Positions 9,501 through 18,349 of a stretch of 64,000 nucleotides of DNA are shown one piece after another; position 1 is the stretch's first letter, and every line of letters starts with the position of its first letter. Below the pieces are notes generated by a model, which saw nothing but the letters and a program-made list of their open reading frames with translations, did not search any database and had not been told where the DNA came from. Position numbers and translations under genes: made by a program. The stretch is from Pseudomonadota bacterium (GTDB lineage Bacteria > Pseudomonadota > Alphaproteobacteria > Sphingomonadales > Sphingomonadaceae). The stretch spans positions 4,901 to 68,900 of the forward strand of contig JAJYQP010000076.1 of NCBI GenBank assembly GCA_021794525.1. The letters run 5' to 3'.

Positions 9501-10583
9501 TTAGTTACCGGCAACCGGCTGCGCCAGCAGCTTTGCAAGGTCATCCTTCCAGAACCGTGCCCAGGTGTGGGTGCCGTGCCCCTTGGTATCCGCACCAGCG
9601 GGGATCAGCACGAAGCGGGCAAGCGGCATTCGCTTCGCCAGCGCCGCCGGATCGCCCAGCTCGGGCGGGTTGATGAAGTCGTCCGCAGAATTGATCCAGA
9701 GCACCGGCACGCGGATTTTCTCCAGCATCGGCGCCGGGTTGTAGTTCCGCGAGGAATCGAACTGGTAGATCGTGTCGTTGGCGTCGGGATAACCTGCGGC
9801 GGCCGTGGCGGCGCGCGATTTGGCGAGGAAATCCTCGGCGCTCGTCCGCGTGGGGTAGTCGCTCTGCCAGGCGAGCGGGCTGGACCCCGCCATCAGCAGC
9901 AAATCGGCCACGGTCCGCATCGGGCGCGCCGGATTGGCGGCGTAGTTCCCGCCCTGCCACTCGGGCGCTTCCATGATCGTGTCGATCGCCAGCTTGCGCC
10001 ACATCCGGTTGCGCCCCGCGATCTCCACCGTGTTGCAGGCGAAGGGGGCGAGCCGCTGCGCGAAGCCGGGATAGCTCTCGCCCCAGACGAAGGCGTGCAT
10101 GCAGCCCATCGATGTGCCGAGGATCAGCCGGAGCGAGCGCACGCCGAGCCCCTCCTCCAGCATCCGTTTCTGCGCCGCGACCATGTCGGCATAATCGTAG
10201 CGCGGAAAAGCCATCCGCAGCCCGTCGCTGGGCTTCGACGAGCCGCCATGGCCGAGATTGTCGGGCAGGATCACGTAGGTCTTTGCGAGGTCGAGCGGCT
10301 GGCCGGAACCGTAAAGCTCGTCGGCGAATTGCGGGCGGAAGAATTGCGCGCCGCTCCCGCCGGTGCCGTGGAGGACCATCACCGCATTGTCGATGCGCTC
10401 TTTCGCGTCGCGATGCGGGGTGCCGAGCGTGGTCACATGGATGCGGACGTCCATCACCTCGCCGGTGCCGAAGCGGAAGTCCTTCAGCACGACATCCTGT
10501 TGTTTCGCCTGCGCCTTCCAGTCGGTTGTCGCGAGGGCGGGGCTGGCGACGAACAGGGCGAGCAGAAGCAATAGGCGGTGCAT
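9501..10583 (-). CDS. secreted alpha/beta hydrolase
   Basis: Starts at MHRLLLLLALFVASPALA (signal peptide) and has a GTSMGCMHAF nucleophile elbow. The 89-codon upstream extension in the ORF track reads through repeat copy B and was rejected. Confidence 0.8.
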   Translation of the reverse strand: MHRLLLLLALFVASPALATTDWKAQAKQQDVVLKDFRFGTGEVMDVRIHVTTLGTPHRDAKERIDNAVMVLHGTGGSGAQFFRPQFADELYGSGQPLDLAKTYVILPDNLGHGGSSKPSDGLRMAFPRYDYADMVAAQKRMLEEGLGVRSLRLILGTSMGCMHAFVWGESYPGFAQRLAPFACNTVEIAGRNRMWRKLAIDTIMEAPEWQGGNYAANPARPMRTVADLLLMAGSSPLAWQSDYPTRTSAEDFLAKSRAATAAAGYPDANDTIYQFDSSRNYNPAPMLEKIRVPVLWINSADDFINPPELGDPAALAKRMPLARFVLIPAGADTKGHGTHTWARFWKDDLAKLLAQPVAGN

Positions 10584-10654
10584 GGCGTCGCACGGTAGAG
10601 AGGGCGGGCGAGCGGTCAAGCAGGCGAGCTGCTGCAAAATCACGCACCCGGCAA

Positions 10655-10723
10655 CCGTTCTCGTCGAGCGAAGTCGAGATACCAGGCACAATCGTGTCTC
10701 GGCTTCGCTCGACACGAACGGAG
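10655..10723. repeat. palindromic intergenic repeat, family 1, copy B (trpE|hydrolase spacer)
   Basis: CCGTTCTCGTCGAGCGAAGTCGAGATAC-cagg..-GTGTCTCGGCTTCGCTCGACACGAACGGAG. Confidence 0.85.
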
Positions 10724-10755
10724 ATTGTTGTGGGTTTTCCGGCAATTGACCTTCG

Positions 10756-12279
10756 CTATTGCCCGTAGCGTGGCTCGCCCGCGAGCCGGAACGCTTCTGC
10801 CGCCGCGGCGCGCAGCGCGCCCGCCTTGGCCTCGCATTCGCGCTGTTCATAGGCCGGATCGCTGTCCGCGACGATGCCCGCGCCCGCCTGCACGTGCATC
10901 ACCCCGTCCTTCACCACTGCGGTCCGCAGCACGATGCAGCTGTCGATCGAGCCGTCGGGCGCGAAATAGCCGACCCCGCCGGCGTAGGCGCCGCGCGCCT
11001 CGGGCTCGAGCTCTGCGATGATCTGGCAGGCGCGGATCTTTGGCGCGCCGCTGACGGTGCCCGCCGGGAAGCCTGCGAACATCGCATCGACTGCGTCCTT
11101 CGCCGGGTCGAGCGCGCCCACCACCTGGCTGACGATGTGCATGACATGGCTGTAGCGCTCGATGGTGAAGCTGTCGGTGACGGTCACGCTGCCCTTCGCC
11201 GCCACCCGCCCGACATCGTTGCGGCCGAGGTCGAGGAGCATCAGGTGCTCGGCGCGCTCCTTTGGATCGGCCAGAAGGTCGCGCGCGCGTTGCTCGTCCT
11301 CGGACGAGTTGCGCCCACGAGGTCTCGTACCGGCGATCGGGCGCACCGTCACTTCGCCGTCGCGGACGCGGACGAGGATTTCCGGGCTCGAGCCGACGAT
11401 GGCGAAGCCGGGCAAGTCGAGGAAATAGAGGAAGGGCGAGGGGTTCACCCGCCTGAGCGCGCGATAGAGCGCCAGCGGCGGCAGCGGGAAGGGGCAGGAA
11501 AACCGCTGCGCCAGCACGACCTGAAAGACGTCGCCCGCCGCGATGTAGTCCTTCGCCTTCAGCACCATCGCGCGATAGGCCTCGCCATCGAGCTGCGGTT
11601 CGAGCGCGGCTTCCGGCAGAGGTTCGGCACTGCGGACCGGCGCGGGTTCGGCGGCGGAAAGGCGCGCAAGGGCGGAATCGATCCGGTCTCCTGCCGCGCC
11701 GATGGCGGCCTCCGGGTCGCCGCTGCCGCGCCAAAGCGGCGCGATGCAGAACAACTCCTCGCCCAGATTGTCGAACACCAGCAGCAGGGTCGGGCGCACG
11801 AACACCATATCGGGCAGGCCGATCCCGGGCGCGGCGGGGCGGGGCACGGCCTCGACCAGACCCATCGTCTCATAGGCGAAATAGCCCACTACGCAGGCGA
11901 GCGCGGGTGGCAGGCCGTCGGGAACGTCGATCCGGCACTCGGTAAGGAGCGCGCGCAATTCCGTGAGCGGATCGCCGGGCAGCGGGGCAAAGGCATCACG
12001 TGCCGTGCTCCATTGCCGATTGGCCTCCGCCCGCGTGCCCTCGGCTCGAAACACCAGGTCGGGGTCGAGACCGATCAGGCTGTAGCGCCCGCGCACCGCG
12101 CCGCCTTCGACCGATTCGAGCAGGAAATCGCCGCGCTGGGGCTCGAACAGGCGCAGCGCCGCGCCGACGGGCGTCAGCGTATCGGCGACGAGCCGCCGCC
12201 AGACGAGCGCATTGCCGCCCGCGGCCAGCGCGGCGCGGGCGGTTGCGGCGCCCTCCAGCCCTGTCGGGGACGCGGTCAG
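10756..12279 (-). CDS. trpE: anthranilate synthase component I
   Basis: The ORF track starts at GTG 12096 (VRGRYSLIG). The same frame upstream encodes the conserved TrpE N-terminus ...ALVWRRLVADTLTPVGAALRLFEPQRGDFLLESVEGGA with no ATG/GTG/TTG. I propose CTG at 12279, preceded by GGAGG with a 5-nt spacer. Confidence 0.85.
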   Translation of the reverse strand: MTASPTGLEGAATARAALAAGGNALVWRRLVADTLTPVGAALRLFEPQRGDFLLESVEGGAVRGRYSLIGLDPDLVFRAEGTRAEANRQWSTARDAFAPLPGDPLTELRALLTECRIDVPDGLPPALACVVGYFAYETMGLVEAVPRPAAPGIGLPDMVFVRPTLLLVFDNLGEELFCIAPLWRGSGDPEAAIGAAGDRIDSALARLSAAEPAPVRSAEPLPEAALEPQLDGEAYRAMVLKAKDYIAAGDVFQVVLAQRFSCPFPLPPLALYRALRRVNPSPFLYFLDLPGFAIVGSSPEILVRVRDGEVTVRPIAGTRPRGRNSSEDEQRARDLLADPKERAEHLMLLDLGRNDVGRVAAKGSVTVTDSFTIERYSHVMHIVSQVVGALDPAKDAVDAMFAGFPAGTVSGAPKIRACQIIAELEPEARGAYAGGVGYFAPDGSIDSCIVLRTAVVKDGVMHVQAGAGIVADSDPAYEQRECEAKAGALRAAAAEAFRLAGEPRYGQ

Positions 12280-12290
12280 CGCCGCCTCCG

Positions 12291-14222
12291 TCAGTTGCCG
12301 CCGGTGAGCTGCTTGCGCACCGCGTCCACCGCCGCGCGGTTGATCTCGACGCCGACCGTCTTGCGCATGGCGGCCACCGCCTGCTGGTTGAGCTCGCCGG
12401 TCATGGCGTTGGCAAGCTCCTGCCGCGCCTGCTGCGCCAGCGGATCGTTCGGCGCCATCTGGCCGAGCTCGATCCGGTCGAGGTCGATCACGAACCAGCC
12501 GGTATTGCCCGCGCTCTCCAGCGTCTTGGCGGTGCCCTGCGCCATGCTGAAGAACAGCGCGAGCTGCGGCGGCACGCGCTCGCGGCGAGTGGCGAGTTCC
12601 TCGCGCGAGATATTCGCGGCGTCGGGTGCGGGAAGCGGCTTGTTCTCCTGCGCCAGCGCGGCGGCGAGTGTCGCGCCCTTGCCGAGCCTGGCCAGCACGC
12701 GGTCGGCGGCGGCCTTGGCAGCCTTAGCGCCTTCGGCCAGCTTCCATGCCGTGACGACGTCGCCGCGGATTTCCGCCAGCGGCGGGGCAGCCGAGGGCGT
12801 GATGCGGGTCACCTCGTAGATCACGAATTGGTCGCTCTGCGGCACTTGGCCGATCTGCGGCGCGCTTTCCTCCATCTGGAAGGCGGTGGAGAGCGCCGGC
12901 GCGATCGCGGCGGGTGCGGGCGGGGCACCGTCGTAGCCGCGCCCGTCGGCCAGCAGGGGGCCGGTCGTTTGGGGGGTAAGCTTCAGCGTCGCCGCGACGT
13001 CGGGCAGGGTGCCGCCCTCGTCGAACTGCTGCTCGACCTGTGCGGCGAGGTCGGCGAGCGCCTTGGCGCGGTTTTCCTTGGTCAGCGCCTCGGCGATCGC
13101 GGGGGTCGCCTGGGCCAGCGTCTGCCCGCCCTTGGCAGTGACTTCGTCGACGCGCGCGATGTGCCAGCCGAGCGAACTGCGCGCCGACGCCGTCAACGCG
13201 CCCTTGGCACCGGCGAAATAGGCGGCCGCGACAGCTTGGGAGGTCTGGCTGCTCAACGTCGCACGGTCGAGCGCGGCGAGCGGCGAGACCCTGAGCCCGG
13301 CTGCGGTCGCAGCCGCTTCGAGCGAGGTGCCGCCCGCGACACGCTGACGAATTGCCTCGGCGGCCTGCTGCGTGGGCAGGATAAGCTGGGTGAAGCTGCG
13401 CTCCTCGCGCGCCGAGTATTGCGCCTTGTCGCGCTCGTAGCGGGCGGCGATGGCGGCGGGCGTCGGCGCGATGCGGCCCTCGACCGCCTCCGGCCCGAAG
13501 ATCGCGTAGCGAATCACCCGCCGTTCGGGGCGGATGAAGCGGCTGCGGGCCGACTGGTAAAACCGTTCCAGAGTCGCTTGGTCGGGCTCACCCGCGGGGG
13601 CGAAGGCGGCAGAGGGGATGAAGCCGATGCTTCCGATCCGCCGTTCCTTGAACAGCATCGCATAGCGGTCCGCCGCGGCCTTGGGATAGGCCATGGCGAT
13701 CGAGGCCGGCTCCAGCACCAGCTGCGCGAGCAAGCCCTTTTCGAGGTCACTGCGCACCATCGCATCGCTCAGCCCCTGCGCCGCGAGCGCGTTCTTGTAG
13801 ACATCGGCGCTGAAATTGCCGTCCGGCCCGCGGAAGGCGCCGATCTTGCGGATCTCGCTGTTGATGAGGTTGTCGCCCGTGGTGAAGCCCTCGCGCCGCG
13901 CGTATTCGGCGATCGCGAGGCGGTCGATCAACTGGTTGAGCACGTCGTCGAGCCCGCCCTGCGCGAGAAACGCGGGCATGGACAGCGTCGGATCCTGCTG
14001 CCGCGCCCGCTCGAGCGCCTGGGTGGCGGCGCGCGAGAGCTCGGCTGTGGAAATCCGCTCCTTGCCGACCACCGCGACCCGGTCCGCACCGGCAACTCCG
14101 CCGAAACTGCCGGTATTGGCGACATCGGCCGTCGCAAAGGCCAGCGCGATCAGGCCGAGGAAACCAAGCGTGAGCAGCACGCCGAGCTTGGTCTTGAAGA
14201 TGCTGCGAAAGAGCTGGAGCAT
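12291..14222 (-). CDS. ppiD: periplasmic chaperone/peptidyl-prolyl isomerase PpiD family
   Basis: 643 aa with an N-terminal membrane anchor MLQLFRSIFKTKLGVLLTLGFLGLIALAF and SurA-N/parvulin-like architecture. It sits next to tpiA as in other alphaproteobacteria. Confidence 0.8.
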   Translation of the reverse strand: MLQLFRSIFKTKLGVLLTLGFLGLIALAFATADVANTGSFGGVAGADRVAVVGKERISTAELSRAATQALERARQQDPTLSMPAFLAQGGLDDVLNQLIDRLAIAEYARREGFTTGDNLINSEIRKIGAFRGPDGNFSADVYKNALAAQGLSDAMVRSDLEKGLLAQLVLEPASIAMAYPKAAADRYAMLFKERRIGSIGFIPSAAFAPAGEPDQATLERFYQSARSRFIRPERRVIRYAIFGPEAVEGRIAPTPAAIAARYERDKAQYSAREERSFTQLILPTQQAAEAIRQRVAGGTSLEAAATAAGLRVSPLAALDRATLSSQTSQAVAAAYFAGAKGALTASARSSLGWHIARVDEVTAKGGQTLAQATPAIAEALTKENRAKALADLAAQVEQQFDEGGTLPDVAATLKLTPQTTGPLLADGRGYDGAPPAPAAIAPALSTAFQMEESAPQIGQVPQSDQFVIYEVTRITPSAAPPLAEIRGDVVTAWKLAEGAKAAKAAADRVLARLGKGATLAAALAQENKPLPAPDAANISREELATRRERVPPQLALFFSMAQGTAKTLESAGNTGWFVIDLDRIELGQMAPNDPLAQQARQELANAMTGELNQQAVAAMRKTVGVEINRAAVDAVRKQLTGGN

Positions 14223-14399
14223 GGGGTATCGGTCGTCCGGTTGGGGCGGGGCAGTCCGCCCGGTGTGCGCGCGCTTTATCGGCCCCGTCCCCTTGCGGCA
14301 ACAGGTGCCAAAGGGTTTTGACCTTCCCCGAAACCTCCGCTAGCGAGCGCGCCCGTCCGGCAGATGCCGACGCAACCATCCCGAAGGATCGAACAGCTC

Positions 14400-15161
14400 A
14401 TGGCCGAGAGGCCCTATATCGTCGGCAACTGGAAGATGAACGGCACCCGCGCGATGCTGACCGAAGCGCGCGCCATCGATCGGGCGGCGCAGCGCCTGAT
14501 GAAGGTCGAGGTCGCGCTCGCGCCGCCGTTCACGCTCATTCACGCGGTCCACAAGGAAGTGGAGCAGATCGGCGTCGGTGCGCAGGACTGCCACGCTGCG
14601 AAGGACGGCGCCTTCACCGGCGATGTGTCCGCCGCGATGGTCGCCGACGCGGGCGCCAAGTTCGTCATCCTGGGCCACAGCGAGCGGCGCCAGGGCCATG
14701 GCGAGAGCGATGCGCTGGTCGCAGCCAAGATCGGTGCCGCGCTTTCTGCTGGCCTCCGCGTCATCCTGTGCTGCGGCGAAAGCCTCGAAACGCGCGACGC
14801 GGGCAGGGCGGAGGCTTTCGTCCTCGGCCAGCTGCGCAGCGCCTTCGCCCATGTCGACGATGCGGCCGAAAAGCTCACCGTGGCCTATGAGCCGATCTGG
14901 GCCATCGGCACCGGCCGCACTGCCGGCCTCGATGACATCGCCGCCATGCACGCCGCGATTCGCGGGCTGATCGGCGAAACCTTCGGGGAGGAGGCCGCGG
15001 GCCAGGTCCGCATCCTCTACGGTGGATCGGTGAAGCCCGAGAACGCGCGCGAGATTCTCGCTCTTGAGGATGTCGATGGTGCGCTCGTCGGCGGGGCGAG
15101 CCTGACCGCCGAGAATTTCCTCGGCATCGTCCACGCCGCCATCGGCGACGACGCCGTCTGA
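14400..15161 (+). CDS. tpiA: triose-phosphate isomerase
   Basis: MAERPYIVGNWKMNG...ILGHSERR...YEPIWAIGTG. ATG at 14400 was preferred over 14364 on family N-terminus and an upstream GAAGGA. Confidence 0.93.
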   Translation: MAERPYIVGNWKMNGTRAMLTEARAIDRAAQRLMKVEVALAPPFTLIHAVHKEVEQIGVGAQDCHAAKDGAFTGDVSAAMVADAGAKFVILGHSERRQGHGESDALVAAKIGAALSAGLRVILCCGESLETRDAGRAEAFVLGQLRSAFAHVDDAAEKLTVAYEPIWAIGTGRTAGLDDIAAMHAAIRGLIGETFGEEAAGQVRILYGGSVKPENAREILALEDVDGALVGGASLTAENFLGIVHAAIGDDAV

Positions 15162-15226
15162 CCTTGCCGCGTCTGCCCGCGCCCCCTAGATAGCCACCTA
15201 AACTTTCAAACCGGACCGAACCCCCG

Positions 15227-15637
15227 ATGTTTCTCTTCTTCACGGTCATTCAGGCGCTGGTCGCCGCGGCGCTCGTCGGCGTCATCCTGATGCAGCGCTC
15301 GGAAGGCGGCGGCCTCGGCATTGGCGGCAGCCCGACGGGCATGCTCAGCGCGCGCGGCGCGGCCGATTTCCTGACCCGGGCGACGAAGTGGCTGGCGGTG
15401 CTGTTCGTCGGCCTTTCGATTCTACTTGCGGCCCTGGCCGTCGGCGAAACCGGCACCGGAGATCTCGAAACCACCCTCGACCGCAACGTGAAGCCTGCGG
15501 CACCGGCGGACCCGCTGGGCGGACCGGCCTCGCCGGCGGGGGGCGCGCTCGGTCCACAGCCCGCCCCAGCACCGGCTCCCGCAGCCACGGCGACGGCGAC
15601 CACGGCGCCCGATCCGCTCGGCGCGCCCGCGAACTAA
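15227..15637 (+). CDS. secG: preprotein translocase subunit SecG (with Ala/Pro-rich C-terminal tail)
   Basis: MFLFFTVIQALVAAALVGVILMQRSEGGGLG is the typical SecG N-terminus. It sits between tpiA and pyrG. Confidence 0.9.
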   Translation: MFLFFTVIQALVAAALVGVILMQRSEGGGLGIGGSPTGMLSARGAADFLTRATKWLAVLFVGLSILLAALAVGETGTGDLETTLDRNVKPAAPADPLGGPASPAGGALGPQPAPAPAPAATATATTAPDPLGAPAN

Positions 15638-15740
15638 ACCTCACCGCTGTGGATTGAATGCTGGCGGGGCCACGCCCCGTCGCATTGCCACGCATTGGCG
15701 CTTGCGCCGAATCCGACCTCACGCTTAAGGCCCGGCTCCC

Positions 15741-17375
15741 ATGGCGCGGTATATTTTCATCACCGGCGGCGTGGTCTCCTCGCTCGGCAAGGGTCTCATG
15801 GCGGCATCGCTGGCGGCGCTGTTGCAGGCGCGCGGCTACAAGGTCCGCATCCGCAAGTTCGACCCCTATCTCAACGTCGATCCGGGGACGATGAGCCCCT
15901 ACCAGCACGGCGAGGTCTATGTGACCGACGACGGCGCGGAGACCGACCTCGACCTCGGCCACTACGAGCGGTTTACCGGCGTTTCCGCGCGCCAGGCCGA
16001 CAATGTCACCTCGGGCCGCATCTACCAGCAGATCATCGCCAGGGAGCGGCGCGGCGACTATCTCGGCGCGACCGTGCAGGTGGTCCCGCACGTCACCGAC
16101 GCGATCAAGGAATTCGCGCTCGCCGACCAGGGCGACCACGACTTCATCCTGTGCGAATTCGGCGGCACGGTCGGCGATATCGAGGGGCTGCCCTTCATGG
16201 AGGCGATCCGCCAGCTCAGGAACGAGATGGAGCCGTGGCAGACGCTCTCGGTCCACGTCACGCTGGTGCCCTACATCAAGGCCGCGGGCGAGCTGAAGAC
16301 GAAGCCCACCCAGCATTCCGTGCGCGAGCTCGCCAGCCTCGGTATCAAGCCTGACATCCTGCTGTGCCGCGCCGAGCACCCGATCCCGGAAAGCGACCGC
16401 CGCAAGATCGCGCAGTTCTGCAACGTGCGGGCCGAGGCTGTCATTCCCGCGCTCGATGCGCCGTCGATCTATTCGGTGCCGCTGCAATATCATGCCGAGG
16501 GGCTCGACCGCGAGGTGCTGCGCGGCTTCGGCATCACCGATGCGCCCGAGCCCGATCTTACGCGCTGGTACGACGTCGTGGACCGCTTCACCCACCCCGA
16601 AGGCGAGGTGACGATCGGCGTGGTCGGCAAATATGTCGGCCTGCCCGACGCCTACAAGAGCCTGAACGAGGCGCTTGTCCACGGCGGCATGGCGCACCGG
16701 GTGAAGGTCAACATCAAGTGGCTCGATGCCGAGCTGTTCGAGGGCGAGGACGCGGATCTCGCGGCCCGTCTGGAACCGATGCACGGCATCCTCGTGCCCG
16801 GCGGCTTCGGGGAGCGCGGCAGCGAGGGCAAGATCGCATCCGTTCGCTTCGCGCGCGAGCGAAGGGTGCCATTCCTCGGCATCTGCCTCGGGATGCAGAT
16901 GGCCTGCATCGAGGGTGCGCGTGCGGCAGGACATCCTGATGCCAGCTCGACCGAATTCGGACCCACCGAGGAACCGGTGGTCGGCATCATCACCGAATGG
17001 ATGAGCAAGGAAGGCCTCCAGAAGCGCGAGGCTTCGGGCGATCTGGGCGGTACGATGCGACTGGGCGCCTACGAGGCGAAGCTGGCCGGAAACAGTCAGG
17101 TCTCCAGCGTATATGGCGGCGCGGCCAGCATTTCCGAACGTCATCGCCACCGCTACGAGGTCAACGGCGCCTACATCGATGCGCTTGAGAAGGACGGGCT
17201 GATCTTCTCGGGCATGTCGCCCGACGGGCTGCTGCCTGAGATCGTGGAGCGGCCCGACCACCCATGGTTCATCGGGGTCCAGTTCCACCCGGAACTGAAG
17301 TCCAGACCCTTCGATCCGCACCCGCTGTTTGCCGGATTTATCGGAGCAGCGTTGGATCAGGCGCGGCTGGTGTAA
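15741..17375 (+). CDS. pyrG: CTP synthase
   Basis: [18 protein letters not shown]...GICLGMQ...QFHPE, 544 aa. Confidence 0.97.
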   Translation: MARYIFITGGVVSSLGKGLMAASLAALLQARGYKVRIRKFDPYLNVDPGTMSPYQHGEVYVTDDGAETDLDLGHYERFTGVSARQADNVTSGRIYQQIIARERRGDYLGATVQVVPHVTDAIKEFALADQGDHDFILCEFGGTVGDIEGLPFMEAIRQLRNEMEPWQTLSVHVTLVPYIKAAGELKTKPTQHSVRELASLGIKPDILLCRAEHPIPESDRRKIAQFCNVRAEAVIPALDAPSIYSVPLQYHAEGLDREVLRGFGITDAPEPDLTRWYDVVDRFTHPEGEVTIGVVGKYVGLPDAYKSLNEALVHGGMAHRVKVNIKWLDAELFEGEDADLAARLEPMHGILVPGGFGERGSEGKIASVRFARERRVPFLGICLGMQMACIEGARAAGHPDASSTEFGPTEEPVVGIITEWMSKEGLQKREASGDLGGTMRLGAYEAKLAGNSQVSSVYGGAASISERHRHRYEVNGAYIDALEKDGLIFSGMSPDGLLPEIVERPDHPWFIGVQFHPELKSRPFDPHPLFAGFIGAALDQARLV

Positions 17376-17426
17376 ATAATTCTTTCGGGACTCCGCTCCG
17401 CCTAAGCTGTTGTCCGATTTCGTGAA

Positions 17427-17475
17427 CTGCGGCTGGCGCGGGCGTCTGCGCGTGCCCGGCGCGGTGGCGGTTTTC
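17427..17475 (+). terminator. imperfect long hairpin plus UUUUC, probable pyrG terminator
   Basis: 17-nt arms at 17427-17443 and 17454-17470 pair with a few mismatches or wobbles. They are followed by TTTTC at 17471-17475. Confidence 0.45.
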
Positions 17476-17502
17476 AACAATCGCTTTATCTTATGCTAAT
17501 AT
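17473..17502 (+). promoter_or_regulatory. candidate sigma70-type promoter (TTCAAC-N18-TAATAT) in an AT-rich patch
   Basis: The -10 TAATAT at 17497-17502 matches 5 of 6 positions. The -35 TTCAAC/TCAACA at 17473-17479 is weak. No CDS lies downstream. Confidence 0.35.
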
Positions 17503-17504
17503 GG

Positions 17505-17675
17505 TGCAAACGGGCGCGCCCGAGGGCTGCGGCATGGGGTCATCGCCCATCGCATCCGGGAGTTTTGGCTTGCTTCGGCTTGGGCTGTCTTTTGCGACCC
17601 GGACAGCCGATACCGAGGCAGGGCGGCGCCAAGCGTCGCGGGGGCGGTGCCGCAAGGCACCGCCCCCAATATTTC
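17505..17675 (+). ncRNA. candidate small RNA (about 170 nt) bounded by the promoter-like element and a strong terminator
   Basis: No credible CDS lies in the 323-bp convergent pyrG/hsp20 spacer. Internal hairpins include GGCTGTC..GACAGCC at 17582-17608. The unit ends in a 12-bp GC stem with a GCAA loop followed by AATATTT. Confidence 0.3.
17640..17674 (+). terminator. rho-independent terminator (perfect 12-bp stem, GNRA loop)
   Basis: GGGGGCGGTGCC-GCAA-GGCACCGCCCCC is followed by AATATTT. On the minus strand it could also stop hsp20 transcripts, but no U-tract follows there. Confidence 0.7.
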
Positions 17676-17698
17676 GATCAACAGCTTTGCAGCCGCGC

Positions 17699-18175
17699 TC
17701 AGGCAGCCTTGGTGCCGGTATCGTCCTGGACGATTTCGAGCCCCGGGCGCTCCGCGGCGGCGCCGACGGCGATCTTCTTGGGCTTCATCGCCTCGGGCAC
17801 CTCGCGCACGAGGTCGATCACCAGCAGGCCATCGGCGAGGTCGGCCTGTGCCACCCGCACGAAATCCGCCACCTCGAACCGGCGCTCGAACCCGCGATTG
17901 GCGATGCCGACGTGCAGCATCTCGCCTTCGGGCGCATCCTCGCGCTTCTTGCCGACGATGGTCAGCAGGTTCTGCTGCGCGGTGATGTCGAGGTCGTCAC
18001 CCTTGAAACCGGCGACCGCGAGAGTGATGCGGTAGGCATCCTCGCCCCGGCGCTCGATATTGAAGGGGGGATAGTTCTCGCCGCCATTGGCACGGGCCTG
18101 GTTTTCAAGCAGGTCGAACAGGCGGTCGAAACCGACGGTGCTGCGGCGGTAGGGAGTGAAATCGAAACGGTTCAT
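17699..18175 (-). CDS. Hsp20/alpha-crystallin family small heat-shock protein
   Basis: MNRFDFTPYRRSTVGFDRLFDLLE...YPPFNIERRGEDAYRITLAVAGF is IbpA/HspA-like. The ATG at 18175 is preceded by AGGAGGA. Confidence 0.93.
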   Translation of the reverse strand: MNRFDFTPYRRSTVGFDRLFDLLENQARANGGENYPPFNIERRGEDAYRITLAVAGFKGDDLDITAQQNLLTIVGKKREDAPEGEMLHVGIANRGFERRFEVADFVRVAQADLADGLLVIDLVREVPEAMKPKKIAVGAAAERPGLEIVQDDTGTKAA

Positions 18176-18268
18176 GGCAAACAAATCCTCCTGTGAGCAA
18201 TTCGCACGTGGAAGACCCGTGTCCGGCATCTTCCGATGACGTCCGGCAGTCCTTGCGGCACTTCCGAA
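18176..18268 (-). promoter_or_regulatory. hsp20 5' UTR with ROSE-like features (possible RNA thermometer)
   Basis: The UTR reads ...GGAAGAU(G)CCG-GACA-CGGGUCUUCC, a 10-bp hairpin with a bulged G. This is followed by CGAA-UUGCU-CAC-AGGAG-GA-UUUG, where UUGCU can pair across the SD as in ROSE elements. Confidence 0.35.
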
Positions 18269-18276
18269 CAATCTCC

Positions 18277-18304
18277 AGATAGGTGGCGACAGCACGCTTT
18301 CAAG
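18277..18304 (-). promoter_or_regulatory. RpoH (sigma32)-type heat-shock promoter
   Basis: The minus strand reads CTTGAAA-N14-CCTATCT (CTTG-N17-CCTATCT). This matches the E. coli CTTGAAA/CCCCATNT pattern and the alphaproteobacterial CTTG-N17-CYTATNT pattern. Confidence 0.7.
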
Positions 18305-18349
18305 AGCTCAAACCTCCGGGCCAAGGTTCTGCAATGCAAGGATAATTAC

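Noticed and set aside
8634-10574. 646-aa plus-strand ORF, together with similar long ORFs at 12000-14321 (+), 15345-17480 (-), 40417-41523 (+), 57366-59126 (+), 60301-62553 (+) and 63083-63979 (+).
   Set aside because: Each is antisense to a gene with an unambiguous family assignment (hydrolase/DUF2233, ppiD, pyrG, purL, glyA, rpoD, dnaG). Their translations are Arg/Ala/Gly/Pro-rich with no recognisable motifs. These are typical shadow ORFs of high-GC DNA.
17505-17675. Identification of the candidate sRNA as 6S RNA, SRP/4.5S RNA or tmRNA.
   Set aside because: There is no GGAA-tetraloop SRP domain IV motif. The 5' and 3' ends do not pair into the closed 6S rod with a central bubble. There is no tRNA-like end or tag ORF. 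The locus is kept only as an unclassified candidate.
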